A DNA stretch of 64,000 nt from Candidatus Multivorans sp. (GCA_965224025.1 OZ245033.1:1600001-1664000); one strand, 5' to 3'; counted from the first letter of the stretch, positions 25,698 through 35,353 are shown. Notes: generated by a model from the letters alone, not told the origin. Program-made: numbers and translations.

Positions 25698-27532
25698 TCG
25701 GGCAGCGACGCCGCACCCACGGCCCGTTCGGCCTTCGCCAGCGCTCCCGGCGCGACCGCCGCCACGATCAGGGAAACGCCACGCCGACCGAGGGCGTTCG
25801 CGATCTCCTGCTTGAGGGCCGGCACTTGGTCGAGCCGCGCGTACGGAAGGCCGAAGGCCCGGGCCAAACCGGCGAAGTCCACGCCGTGAGGAGTCAACCA
25901 GTGCCTCCCGTCGGGACCACCGAAGACCTCGGCGCCGGCAATCGGGAGCCGCTCGAAGATACGCCCGCCGGCGTTGTCGATCACCACGATCACCGCGGGT
26001 GGACCTTCCCCGTACTTGGAGGCCACCGTCAGACCGTCCAAGTCGTGGAGCAAGCTGACATCGCCAAGGAGCAAGACGCCGGCCGGAAAGCCACCGGTGG
26101 AGAGCGAGCCCAGAAACCCGGCCACCAAGCCGTCAATGCCGCTCAACCCGCGCTGACTGGCGACCCAGACGCGGCGCTCGACTCTCCCGACCCAGTCTTC
26201 CACCAGGCGCACGGGCAGGCTGTTGCCCAGCATCAACACACCGCCCGTCGGCGTCGCCGTTACCGCTGCCCGCGCCGCATCCCCATCGTGGAAACCGCCG
26301 TCTCCGGAGGCGGCGCCGAGAGTAGCGGCCGCCTTTCGAAACCGGCGACAGAGGGCCAGCACTTCGCGCCGCCATCCATCGCCGGCCGGATCGGGTGGCG
26401 GCGCCTCCAACCGGGAACAGAGGCCGGCAACGCTGGCCCCGACATCTCCTGTCAGAAACACCGATGCAAGTCCGGCCGGATCGGTCCATGGCCCGTCCGC
26501 GAGCACGACCTGCGGCGCACCGCTGGTTTCCAGGAGACGCTGCGCACCGGCCGACACCGGGGGTGCACCGACCTGCACGACGAGGTCCGGGGCCGGCAGG
26601 GCCTTCCCGTCACCGGCCGCCGCCCACGCCGCACCCAGGCAGTCGGCGAGATGCCCCGCTCCGCCAGAACTCGCGACATCCACGAATCGACTCTGGCTGG
26701 TGGCCTCCGCCAGCAGCGGGAAGCCGGTCCGGCGAGCCAGTTCAGCAAGGCCGAGCACATCGGCGGCAGCTTGGCGAGCCTCCGGGGGAGGCAGAGCCAG
26801 CGGACCAGCGACGATCAGTCCGCACTTCGCCTGCCGGCAAAGCTCCGCCGCGCGGTCCAGAGCGTCCGGGCCCGGCGCGGCGCTCGGCATGCCGATCTCG
26901 AGCGGTTCCCCGAGCAACTCATCCACCGCTGCCGCCAGCGGGTGGTTCTCCCCAACCTCCGGCCGCTCCAGGGGCTTTCTCGTGCGCACGTTCAGATGCA
27001 CTGCCCCGCCTCGCGGCCATCGCGAGCGGAACACCGCCTGCGCCGCTGTGCGGCGGAGGGCCCGCAAGCTCAGCGCGTCCGTGCGACCACCCAGGTCAAT
27101 CTCGGCGAAGAAGTTCACCGCCGGGCCGAAGAGCTTCGTCTGATCGGTGGTCTGCGGCGCCCCGCAGTCCATCAGCTCGACCGGCCGGTCGGCGCTCAGG
27201 ACGATCAGCGGCAGGCCGGCCTCCCGGGCCTCCAGGATCGCCGGCAGGTAGTGCGCCGGCGCGCTGCCCGAGGTGCAGACCAGGGCCGTCGGCATGCCGG
27301 TGGCCCGGGCCTGGCCGAGCGCGAAGAACGCGGCCGCTCGCTCGTCGATGATGCTCACGAGATCCAGTTCGGCAGGAATCCCCACGCCCGCCACATCGAG
27401 CGCCGCCAGCACCAGCGGGGTCGAGCGGGAACCCGGACTCGTGACCGCTCGCCGCACGCCAGCTTGAACCAGGGCGCCCACCAGGAGGCGCGCACGCTGG
27501 AACTGCTCCTCGCCCGCGCTCGCTAGCTCCAT
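25694..27532 (-). CDS. menD: SEPHCHC synthase (ThDP-dependent)
   Basis: SPGSRSTPL, DERAAAFFALG, CTSGSA, LSADRP, RGLSGIDG, GDVSLLHD, DNAGGRIF; ATG 27532. Confidence 0.95.
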   Translation of the reverse strand: MELASAGEEQFQRARLLVGALVQAGVRRAVTSPGSRSTPLVLAALDVAGVGIPAELDLVSIIDERAAAFFALGQARATGMPTALVCTSGSAPAHYLPAILEAREAGLPLIVLSADRPVELMDCGAPQTTDQTKLFGPAVNFFAEIDLGGRTDALSLRALRRTAAQAVFRSRWPRGGAVHLNVRTRKPLERPEVGENHPLAAAVDELLGEPLEIGMPSAAPGPDALDRAAELCRQAKCGLIVAGPLALPPPEARQAAADVLGLAELARRTGFPLLAEATSQSRFVDVASSGGAGHLADCLGAAWAAAGDGKALPAPDLVVQVGAPPVSAGAQRLLETSGAPQVVLADGPWTDPAGLASVFLTGDVGASVAGLCSRLEAPPPDPAGDGWRREVLALCRRFRKAAATLGAASGDGGFHDGDAARAAVTATPTGGVLMLGNSLPVRLVEDWVGRVERRVWVASQRGLSGIDGLVAGFLGSLSTGGFPAGVLLLGDVSLLHDLDGLTVASKYGEGPPAVIVVIDNAGGRIFERLPIAGAEVFGGPDGRHWLTPHGVDFAGLARAFGLPYARLDQVPALKQEIANALGRRGVSLIVAAVAPGALAKAERAVGAASLPE

Positions 27533-29130
27533 GCTCCAAGAATCGCGTCGAGCTTGAGGTTCGTCTCGGCCAGCTCGCGGTCGGGATCCGAGTCCGCGAC
27601 GATGCCGGCGCCCGAGTAGAGGAGTCCCTTTCGGCCCGTCGCGAGGCAGGAGCGGAGAGCCACCGAGAACTCGCCATCGCCACGGCCGTCGAACCACCCG
27701 ACCGGACCCGCGTACCAACCCCGGTCCCGGTCCTCCGAGCGGCGGATCGCCTTAAGCGCACCGGCGGTCGGACTACCCGCCACCGCGGGAGTCGGATGGA
27801 GCGCGCGGACCAGCCGCAGCACATGGGGCGGCTGGGCGGTCTCAGCGAGCGCGGCGTGAATCGGCGTCTCCAGGTGAAGGACGTTCCTCAGCACACGCAC
27901 GCCGGGAAGAGACCGCGCCGCCGCGGCGCCGCAGCTCCGGCCGAGCCGCTCGACAAGGTAGCGGACGACCAGATCGTGCTCCAGCCGGTCCTTTGCGCTC
28001 TCGAACAGGCGCTGCTCCAACTCCCGGCGCTTCTCCGCGGAGGGGTCGCTGGCGATCGATCCCGCCAGAGCCAGGGTCTCGATCCGCCTGCCGCGCCGGC
28101 GCACAAGAAGCTCCGGCGTGGCGCCGAAGAAGATCGATCCCCCGCGAAGGAAGGCGAAACACGTGCAGGTCGGCATGTGCCTCCGCAGGCGCTCCGCGAT
28201 GCGGGCCAGATCGACGATCCCGAACGGCCGCCCGAGACCGAGTTCCACCGTGCGAGCGGCGACCACTTTCTGCAGTCGCCCGTCACTGACTTCGCTACGG
28301 AGCTCCTCCACCCGGCGAAGCCACTCCTCGGTAGCGGGCTGATCGAAGCTCCGCAGAACCTCGGGCAGAGCCGGCGGGTCGGGGGCGGCCTCGGCCATGT
28401 CCGGGGCGGCGCCGTTCCCGTTGGCGCCGTCCGGCGGCCCATTCCCAGGATCGAGTTCATCGGCGAGACGCTGCAGCCGTTGCCGCCACGAGGGCGCGGC
28501 CAGGGCGCCGGCCCCGTCGAGGACGGCGTAGAGGTAGGCCGACTCCGCCTCCGCGACGTAGCCGACTTGAGGCAGAACGAAGCTGCCGGCGCCGAAGTCG
28601 TTCCAGTCGGAATGTACAGGGCCGCCCGCACGGCGCTGCCGGCGCTCCAGATCCTGGGGCTCCATGACGTCGGTCGCACCCGATCGCCCCTCGGCCGCTC
28701 CTGGATCGAAAGCAAGACCTCCGTAGAGCCGCAGAGCGAGCGGATCGACGCCCGACAGTTCACCCCACAGACCGGACGCCCCCTCCGCCAATCGATCGAT
28801 CGCGGCGCGTGCCGCGTGCCCGCCCGGACCGAAACGGGAGTCGGAAACCGAGGATGTGGAACCGTTGCCCCCGTTCGCGCCAGCGACATGCTCGGACGGC
28901 GCGCCCGACTCGATCTCGAAGCGCCGCGCCGCGCCCCAGCCGGCGCATCGCAGGCCGTCGGCCGGAGACCACAGATGTCCCACCGGCTCGCACTCGCGGA
29001 AGTCCCGCGCTGCCAGCCGCAGGAACTCCTCGGGCGCCACGCGCGGTGCATCGACGCGCAGCGCCCCTAGCGAGGCCCGGGGCGCTCGCGCCCGTGGAAC
29101 CAACCGCGGTCCGGCCGCGGGCGACGTCAT
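27523..29130 (-). CDS. menF: Isochorismate synthase
   Basis: KVVAAR, FFGATPELL, ALAGS, KDRLEH, LHPTPAVAG, RGWYAGPVGW, GAGIV. Confidence 0.92.
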   Translation of the reverse strand: MTSPAAGPRLVPRARAPRASLGALRVDAPRVAPEEFLRLAARDFRECEPVGHLWSPADGLRCAGWGAARRFEIESGAPSEHVAGANGGNGSTSSVSDSRFGPGGHAARAAIDRLAEGASGLWGELSGVDPLALRLYGGLAFDPGAAEGRSGATDVMEPQDLERRQRRAGGPVHSDWNDFGAGSFVLPQVGYVAEAESAYLYAVLDGAGALAAPSWRQRLQRLADELDPGNGPPDGANGNGAAPDMAEAAPDPPALPEVLRSFDQPATEEWLRRVEELRSEVSDGRLQKVVAARTVELGLGRPFGIVDLARIAERLRRHMPTCTCFAFLRGGSIFFGATPELLVRRRGRRIETLALAGSIASDPSAEKRRELEQRLFESAKDRLEHDLVVRYLVERLGRSCGAAAARSLPGVRVLRNVLHLETPIHAALAETAQPPHVLRLVRALHPTPAVAGSPTAGALKAIRRSEDRDRGWYAGPVGWFDGRGDGEFSVALRSCLATGRKGLLYSGAGIVADSDPDRELAETNLKLDAILGAWS

Positions 29131-29885
29131 GCGTCGGTCTCCGCCGACGGCGTCGGGTCAGCCGGCCGGGCAAGAAACAGGTTGCAGACGCCGAACGTCA
29201 GGCGCCGCGTCTCGATCGACTCCAGGCCCGCGGCAGCCATCGTACGGACAAACTCGGCGACCGGAGGGAAGGCGCGAATCGACCGCTCCAGGTAGCGATA
29301 CTCCTCGGCGCCCGCAAGGAGCGCACCGACGAACGGGACGACGACGTGGATGTAGACGCGAGCCAGTACACCCGTGAGGCCAGCCGAAGGTTCGCCGGCT
29401 TCGAGCACAAGCACGCGCCCTCCCGGCCGCGTGACGCGCGCCATCTCCAGCAAGGCGCGATCACGGTCCGGAATGTTGCGGATACCGAAGGCAATGGTCG
29501 CGGCCTCGAAGGACCGGTCGGGGAAGGGAAGCTCCTGAGCGTCGCCGGCGTCCAGTGTGACCCGATCCCCGAGTCCCGCCTGCTCGACCTTGCGGCGACC
29601 GATCTCGGTCATCCCGCGGGACGCGTCGATTCCGTGGACAGCGACGCCAGGGTACTGGCGGGCGATCGCGATCGCGAGATCTCCGGTACCGGAAGCAACA
29701 TCGAGTACCCGGACCGGCCCGTGAGCCGGAGCGTCCAGCGCCAACGCTTCCGCCGCGACGCGCCGCCAGCGCTGATCACCGCCCAGCGAGATGAGCCGGT
29801 TCACGAAGTCATAGCGTGCGGCGATGCGATCGAACATCGCGCCCGAGCCGCCGTGACTCCGCATTGCATCCGCGACCAAGGCCAT
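29127..29885 (-). CDS. ubiE: Demethylmenaquinone methyltransferase (UbiE/MenG)
   Basis: MFDRIAARYD, VLDVASGTGD, LPFPDRSF, AFGIRN, YRYLERSI. Confidence 0.93.
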   Translation of the reverse strand: MALVADAMRSHGGSGAMFDRIAARYDFVNRLISLGGDQRWRRVAAEALALDAPAHGPVRVLDVASGTGDLAIAIARQYPGVAVHGIDASRGMTEIGRRKVEQAGLGDRVTLDAGDAQELPFPDRSFEAATIAFGIRNIPDRDRALLEMARVTRPGGRVLVLEAGEPSAGLTGVLARVYIHVVVPFVGALLAGAEEYRYLERSIRAFPPVAEFVRTMAAAGLESIETRRLTFGVCNLFLARPADPTPSAETDA

Positions 29886-29912
29886 CCAGAGATCTTCCGG
29901 GCGCCGGCGCGC

Positions 29913-31076
29913 CTACCGTTCTCGCAGCGCGCTGGCGCGCGCCACGGCCACAAGCGCCCGTCGGGCTTCCCCATCGGGGATTCCGGCCAACGCCGCCACT
30001 CCCTGATCGACGTAGGTCGCGGCAAGGCCCCGGCAGATTCTCTCGACGCCGTGGCGAGCCATTGCCTCCAGCACACGTCCCTGCCGACCGGAAACCTCTC
30101 TGCCGACACCGTCGCCGTTGCTCGGCCCGCCGTTCACAGGTCCGTCGCCGTTCGTCGGTCCATGTGCAAATCCGCCTTCACCAAGATCCGGGATGGACGC
30201 GTGATCCTCCGCGATGGCGCGAATCGTGTCCACCAGTTCCGGCTCACGGTCGAGTACCGTGATCAGGGGATAGGTGACCTTGCCCTCGGATAGATCGCTG
30301 AACAGGGTCTTGCCGGTGTTGCTGTGGTGACCCACCAGATCAAGCAGGTCGTCGATCAACTGGAAAGCCACTCCGACCGACTCGCCGTAGGCCTCGAGCG
30401 CGGCGCAGACCTCAGGCGGCGCGCCGCCTGTCGAGGCGCCGGCGCCCAGCGCCCAGCGGAACAGGGCCGCTGACTTTCCGCGGGCAACCTTGAAATAGAG
30501 CTCCTCCGACGTATCGAGGCGGCCGCGGTTCTCCAGTTGGAGCGACTCGGCACGAATCATCTCGGCAATCGTCGCGAGCAGACCCTCCATCACGCCCGGT
30601 ACAGCCGCCCGTTGTACACGCTGCAAGGCCTCGATCAGCAGATAGTCGCCGGCGAAGATCGACGCCGCGTTGCCGAGTTCAACCCGCGCCGTGGGCCGGC
30701 CGCGCCGGCGATTCGCGTTGTCGACCACGTCGTCGTGCAGCAGCGTCGCATTGTGGATCAGTTCCGCGGCCACCGCTATGTCGCGCACGGCCGACCCCGA
30801 GGTAAACCCGACCCGAGACGCCAGGACCACGCAGAGCGGCCGCAACCGCTTGCCGCCGAGGTGAACCAGGTCCGCTCCGGCCTCGCCCACGAGCATCTCG
30901 CGCGTGGACAGGGCGGCGAGTTCGTCTTCCACTGCCTCCATATCGTCACGCACGAAACCGACCAGATCCTCCATCGTGGAGGCAAGGCCGCTCAGGCCGC
31001 CGTCGATGCAGAGGTCGCGCAGCCGTACCAGCACCTCGTCGGCCACGACGCGGCCAGGCCGGTGATCGGGGAGCAT
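29913..31076 (-). CDS. Polyprenyl diphosphate synthase
   Basis: GGKRLRP, FARM LLHDDVVD..RRG, SARM FQLIDDLLD; AGGAG before ATG 31076. Confidence 0.93.
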   Translation of the reverse strand: MLPDHRPGRVVADEVLVRLRDLCIDGGLSGLASTMEDLVGFVRDDMEAVEDELAALSTREMLVGEAGADLVHLGGKRLRPLCVVLASRVGFTSGSAVRDIAVAAELIHNATLLHDDVVDNANRRRGRPTARVELGNAASIFAGDYLLIEALQRVQRAAVPGVMEGLLATIAEMIRAESLQLENRGRLDTSEELYFKVARGKSAALFRWALGAGASTGGAPPEVCAALEAYGESVGVAFQLIDDLLDLVGHHSNTGKTLFSDLSEGKVTYPLITVLDREPELVDTIRAIAEDHASIPDLGEGGFAHGPTNGDGPVNGGPSNGDGVGREVSGRQGRVLEAMARHGVERICRGLAATYVDQGVAALAGIPDGEARRALVAVARASALRER

Positions 31077-31078
31077 GG

Positions 31079-31774
31079 TCAACTCTCCTGTTCCTCAAAG
31101 CGCTGCTTGGGGGGCAGGTGCTCATCCCTGACCAGGGAGCGCTCTACGTCTTCCTCTACGTCGAGGTCTGTCACTCGCTCCGGCAGCGCGCCCTGGTCGC
31201 GCCGCGAAAGGGCGAGGTTCCCCAGTCTGGCGGCGACGGCCCCAGCTCCCAGCAGCGCCTTGAGCCCAAAGTCCGTCACCGTGCCGCCTTTCAGCAGAAA
31301 CTCCGCGATCGCATCCGCGCGCTCCATGACCGTGTCGATCGAGCGCAGACGTTGAAGGAAGACCTTTGTCTCGGGAGAGGAGTCGCCCTCCAGAGCGGGA
31401 ATCCAGTCGCGCATGTTCTCACGGATCGGATCCCATTCCCTTCGCTTGCGGATCTGGACGACGTTGCGGAGCACGCGTTCGAGGTCGGTCTCCGGGCGGT
31501 AGACGACGCGACGCGCCCCAGCCACGCGCTCGGGCGCAATCAACTTCCATTCGCGGAGTTCCCGGCAGGCCATCGATACCGCGCCGCGACTGAGTTCAAG
31601 GCCAGCCATGATCTCCTGAGCGTCGGCGGGTTCGGAGCGGGACATCAACCAGCCGAAGACCCGCGCGGTGGTCGGCGGTACGCCCCAAAAGGTGCCCAGC
31701 GCCCCCCAGAGTTGCACGAACTCTTCACGAACGCGTGCCACACCGTCGGCACTTTCGCTCTTCACGAGGGTCAC
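31079..31774 (-). CDS. GbsR/MarR-family transcriptional regulator
   Basis: FVQLWGALGTFWGV, EIMAGLELSRGAVSMACRELREWKLI, RKRREWDP, typical of the GbsR family. Confidence 0.85.
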   Translation of the reverse strand: MTLVKSESADGVARVREEFVQLWGALGTFWGVPPTTARVFGWLMSRSEPADAQEIMAGLELSRGAVSMACRELREWKLIAPERVAGARRVVYRPETDLERVLRNVVQIRKRREWDPIRENMRDWIPALEGDSSPETKVFLQRLRSIDTVMERADAIAEFLLKGGTVTDFGLKALLGAGAVAARLGNLALSRRDQGALPERVTDLDVEEDVERSLVRDEHLPPKQRFEEQES

Positions 31775-31784
31775 TCTAGATTGT

Positions 31785-31829
31785 CGTTCATCAGATTTTC
31801 AATCTTTCTTGAACGTTCTGTCGACTCTA
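31785..31829 (-). promoter_or_regulatory. Putative -10 box (TAGAGT) and palindromic operator for the regulator/men operon
   Basis: TTCAA-N6-TTGAA at 31798-31813, overlapped by CGTTCA...TGAACG (31785-31815); AT-rich island just downstream of TAGAGT (31829-31824). Confidence 0.55.
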
Positions 31830-31905
31830 CCCTCAAACACATCGCGAGGCACCCGGCAACTGCCTCAACAAACCGCGTGTTCCGAACGTCCCATGCCGCC
31901 GGCAG

Positions 31906-32784
31906 TCAGCGCCTCCCGCGCAGTTCAACGTGCCGCAGCCGCACAGTGACCCGGCCCGCAGGCGGGAGCCTACCGCTAATCGTCACAGGCAGTTGAAGTT
32001 CCTTCGCCGCGAGGATCTCGATCGCACCCTCCAGGCCCAGTAGTTCGAAGTCCTCGGCACGACCCTCGGCGCCTACTGCCACCGGCGTCATCGTGAAGCG
32101 AATCAGGGTCACTTCCTCCGGTGACGTACCGCCGGCGACCGAGAATCCTGGAGCAACCAGAGGCGCCTCGGCATCTCGCTCGATCCGCACCGCCAGCACC
32201 TGGCTGTTGGAGAACACCGGTACGGTCCAGGACGCCGTCGCTCCAGGCTCGACCGGCTGTGCTGCCAACCGCCCGACCAGGTGTAAGAGCACCGACGGCT
32301 CCGAGAGCGGCGCCTCAAGTCCGGACGGCACCTCGTGATGGAGGGGATAGCGGTGCGTCCACTCCGAAGTAGGCAGGCCGGCTTCGCCAGCCTTCGGCGT
32401 CGCCCTCTCCGCCTCCACGCTGCCGTGGCAGAACGCATAGCTCTTGTAGCGGTTCCTGCTGCCCCGCTCCTCCTGAATACGGATGTGGGCCTTGAGGCTT
32501 CCCGGATCGAACCACAGCGAAGACTGCGAACGCCGCCCCAACATTGAGGACTCGATGCGGATCCGGGCCGCAGAAGTCGGCATCGAGGCGTTGCCTCCAC
32601 AAACGTCGCTCGGCGGAAGTTCAGCCACGGAATCGAACTCGATCGCGGCGTCAGCGGAGAGAAAGAGCTTCTTCGCCCGAAACTCGAGTCGTTGCCACGG
32701 CGGCTCATCGCCGGCCGCCGCAACCGGCAATGCCGCCGCCAGAACGGCTACGGACGCGGCAGCAGCCCTCAGCTCTCGCTCCAC
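31906..32784 (-). CDS. Secreted hypothetical protein
   Basis: Signal-peptide-like N-terminus; overlaps the amidase 3' end; codon style as in neighbours. Confidence 0.7.
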   Translation of the reverse strand: MERELRAAAASVAVLAAALPVAAAGDEPPWQRLEFRAKKLFLSADAAIEFDSVAELPPSDVCGGNASMPTSAARIRIESSMLGRRSQSSLWFDPGSLKAHIRIQEERGSRNRYKSYAFCHGSVEAERATPKAGEAGLPTSEWTHRYPLHHEVPSGLEAPLSEPSVLLHLVGRLAAQPVEPGATASWTVPVFSNSQVLAVRIERDAEAPLVAPGFSVAGGTSPEEVTLIRFTMTPVAVGAEGRAEDFELLGLEGAIEILAAKELQLPVTISGRLPPAGRVTVRLRHVELRGRR

Positions 32785-34223
32785 GCCGAATGTGGCGGTT
32801 TGCGACCGATCCAGGGCCGAGCCTGTTCGAGCTGGCCGGCCAACCGCAACAGCAACCCCTCGCTTCCCATGGAGGCAGCAAGCTGAACGCCGATCGGCAG
32901 ACCGCCACAGGAGTCGGTCCAGCCAAGCGGCACGGACGCGGCCGGATTCCCTGCCACGTTCATCAGTTGCGTGAAGCCGATCGTCTGCAGCAGCGCTGGA
33001 AGATAGTCGCCGCCCCGATTCGACAGCGAGAGGACGCCGAGCTTCGCCGGCGGCGCCGCCATCGTCGGCGACACGAGGACGTCGTAGCCGCCCGAGAAGA
33101 AGGCGGCGACCTGGCGGCCGACCGCGTGCACCGTGCGCGTCGCGCGGACATACGCCGCGGAATCATGATCCTCCGCCACGGCGGCCATGGCCCAGGTCAG
33201 CGGCTCGAGTTCCTCTTCGCGCGGCTTCCGGCCGAGCGCCTGGGAACGTTCCGTCACCGTGGCCCGGACGTTGGCGCCCACGATCAGCCGCGTTGCGCTG
33301 CCCAGTGCAGCGGCGTCGATTTCCGGCGCCGTCTCCTCGACCTCGTGTCCCAGCTCCAGGCAGAGGCGAGCCGTCTCCTCGGCGGCGGCAACACAAGACG
33401 GATGAACCGGGGCGCCGTTGAACGCCTGTGCGGTCAGGGCGATCCGCAATCGTCCCGGTTCCCGGCCGACTTCCTCCAGGAACGGACGCTCCGGCGCCGG
33501 CGCCGCGTAAGGGTCGCCCGCCACCGGTCCGGCCACCGCATCGAGCAGCGCGGCGCTGTCCCGCACCGTGCGGCTCACACAGTGCTGGACCGAGAGACCA
33601 GCCCAACCCTCGCCGGCATCCGGGGCCAGGGACACGCGGGCGCGGCTCGGCTTGAGGCCGAACAGCCCGCAGCACGACGCCGGGATCCGGATCGAGCCGC
33701 CACCGTCGCTGGCGTGGGCGGCCGGCAGGATGCCAGCCGCCACAGCGGCGGCGGCGCCGCCCGACGAGCCGCCCGCGATGTGCTCCAGGTTCCAGGGATT
33801 GCGGGTCTGACCGAAGATCGCCGACTCGGTGCTGGTCGTGAGTCCGAACTCCGGCGAGGCGCTGCGGCCCGCGATCACGAGGCCGGCCCGGCGGTAGCGG
33901 CGGACCATCTCGGAGTCGTGGTCGGGCACGTTGCCGGCGAACAGACGGCTGCCGTTCGTCATAGGCAGACCGTCGGCGGCGGCGTAGAGATCCTTCAAGA
34001 GGTACGGGACGCCGGCGAAGGGTCCACCTGCGGCCACCGCTTCCGGCGCGGCCGCCGCGGCGCTCTCGAAGTCCGAGTACACGATGGCATTCAAGCTGCC
34101 GTTCAACTCGGAGGCGATGGCGGCGGCGCACTCGACCGCCTCGGCCGGCGCCAGCTCTCCTGAACGCAACAGGTGCGCCAGTTCCAGCCCGTCACTCTCC
34201 AGGTACGTCGATCTAAGACTCAA
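32769..34223 (-). CDS. Amidase signature family protein
   Basis: GVPYLLKD, GGSSGG, SDGGGSIRIPAS; TTG 34223 preceded by GGAGGGAG. Confidence 0.92.
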   Translation of the reverse strand: MSLRSTYLESDGLELAHLLRSGELAPAEAVECAAAIASELNGSLNAIVYSDFESAAAAAPEAVAAGGPFAGVPYLLKDLYAAADGLPMTNGSRLFAGNVPDHDSEMVRRYRRAGLVIAGRSASPEFGLTTSTESAIFGQTRNPWNLEHIAGGSSGGAAAAVAAGILPAAHASDGGGSIRIPASCCGLFGLKPSRARVSLAPDAGEGWAGLSVQHCVSRTVRDSAALLDAVAGPVAGDPYAAPAPERPFLEEVGREPGRLRIALTAQAFNGAPVHPSCVAAAEETARLCLELGHEVEETAPEIDAAALGSATRLIVGANVRATVTERSQALGRKPREEELEPLTWAMAAVAEDHDSAAYVRATRTVHAVGRQVAAFFSGGYDVLVSPTMAAPPAKLGVLSLSNRGGDYLPALLQTIGFTQLMNVAGNPAASVPLGWTDSCGGLPIGVQLAASMGSEGLLLRLAGQLEQARPWIGRKPPHSAWSES

Positions 34224-34285
34224 AGGGGCTCCCTCCAGGTCCGGACAGATCCTTGCCCGGCAGACCGGAAGCGTACCGCGTTCCA

Positions 34286-34352
34286 TCCGAGCGCCCGATG
34301 ACGGGCGCTCGGACTGGTTCACGGGTGGCGCAAGCTTGCGCCACCCGGGTTC
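34286..34352 (-). repeat. Dispersed double-hairpin element, copy 2 (best preserved)
   Basis: Plus strand TCCGAGCGCCCG-ATGA-CGGGCGCTCGGA CTGGTTCA CGGGTGGCGCAAGCTTGCGCCACCCG GGTTC: two perfect inverted repeats. Confidence 0.9.
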
Positions 34353-34425
34353 GCCCTGAAGGATCGTCGCCCGTTCAGGCAACGGCCAGCGCCGCGACAT
34401 ATGCACGATCGTCTATAGTCAGGCT

Positions 34426-35259
34426 ATGATCGACCTCCGCTCGCTAGTCACACTGGTTTCCATCGTCGCGCTGTCCTCGGCGATCGCTGCTGCCGCGGCA
34501 GCCCAGACCGCGCCACCGGGCAGTCTCGTCCACTGGCAGGGCGACGAGATCACCCGCTGCCTGGTAGGCGACCGGGCGTTCGCACCCACCCATATCGACG
34601 GCCAATCAGGATGCCTGGTTCCGGTCGGCCTCACCCGAACAGACGACGTCGTGGCAGAGCGCGACCGGGACGGCCGTCGGGAGCGGCTACGCATCGGCCT
34701 CGCCGAGTACCCCTACTCGGTTCAGCGACTGACAATCAAGGACCGAAGCCGCGTCGATCTTTCGCCCGAAAACCTGGCGCGCGTGGCGCGCGAAAACGCC
34801 CTGATCGGCAGGCTCTGGGCACGGCAGGGCGAACCGCGGTCTTCCCTGCCTCTGGGAGCGCCGCTCGAAGAGATGCTGGATGGCGGCCGCTTCGGCGCCA
34901 AACGCATCATCAACGGCGAACCTCGCTCGCCGCACACCGGCGCCGACTACGCGGTGCCCCAGGGCACACCCGTGCTGGCGGTCGACGATGCCGTGGTCGC
35001 GCTGACCGGCGAGTTCTTCTTCTCCGGCAACGCCGTCTTTCTCGACCACGGCAACGGTCTGATCAGCATGTACTTCCACCTCCACGAGGTGTTCGTCGAG
35101 CAGGGCGAAGAGGTTTCGCGCGGCCGCCTGATCGGCACCGTCGGCTCAACCGGCCGTTCGACCGGACCGCACCTGCACTTCGGCATCCGTTGGCAGGGCG
35201 CGCGAGTCGACCCGGCGCTGCTGCTCGGCGCGCCAGCAGCGATTCAGACGGCGCGCTAG
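34426..35259 (+). CDS. M23 family metallopeptidase
   Basis: HTGAD (HxxxD), DHGNGLISMYFHL, GSTGRSTGPHLHF; signal peptide. Confidence 0.92.
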   Translation: MIDLRSLVTLVSIVALSSAIAAAAAAQTAPPGSLVHWQGDEITRCLVGDRAFAPTHIDGQSGCLVPVGLTRTDDVVAERDRDGRRERLRIGLAEYPYSVQRLTIKDRSRVDLSPENLARVARENALIGRLWARQGEPRSSLPLGAPLEEMLDGGRFGAKRIINGEPRSPHTGADYAVPQGTPVLAVDDAVVALTGEFFFSGNAVFLDHGNGLISMYFHLHEVFVEQGEEVSRGRLIGTVGSTGRSTGPHLHFGIRWQGARVDPALLLGAPAAIQTAR

Positions 35260-35353
35260 GCGCCCAAGGCACAAAGGGCGCGAAGCCGCGGCGGCCCAGG
35301 AAACGGATTTCTGCTGGGCGCGCCTTGACGGGAATCCCGCTTCGACACTTGCC

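Noticed and set aside
34286-34352. Double hairpin as a hammerhead ribozyme, guanidine-II riboswitch or intrinsic terminator
   Set aside because: CCGAUGA is not CUGAUGA and there is no GAAA/three-way junction; the loops are not ACGR; there is no U-tract on either side
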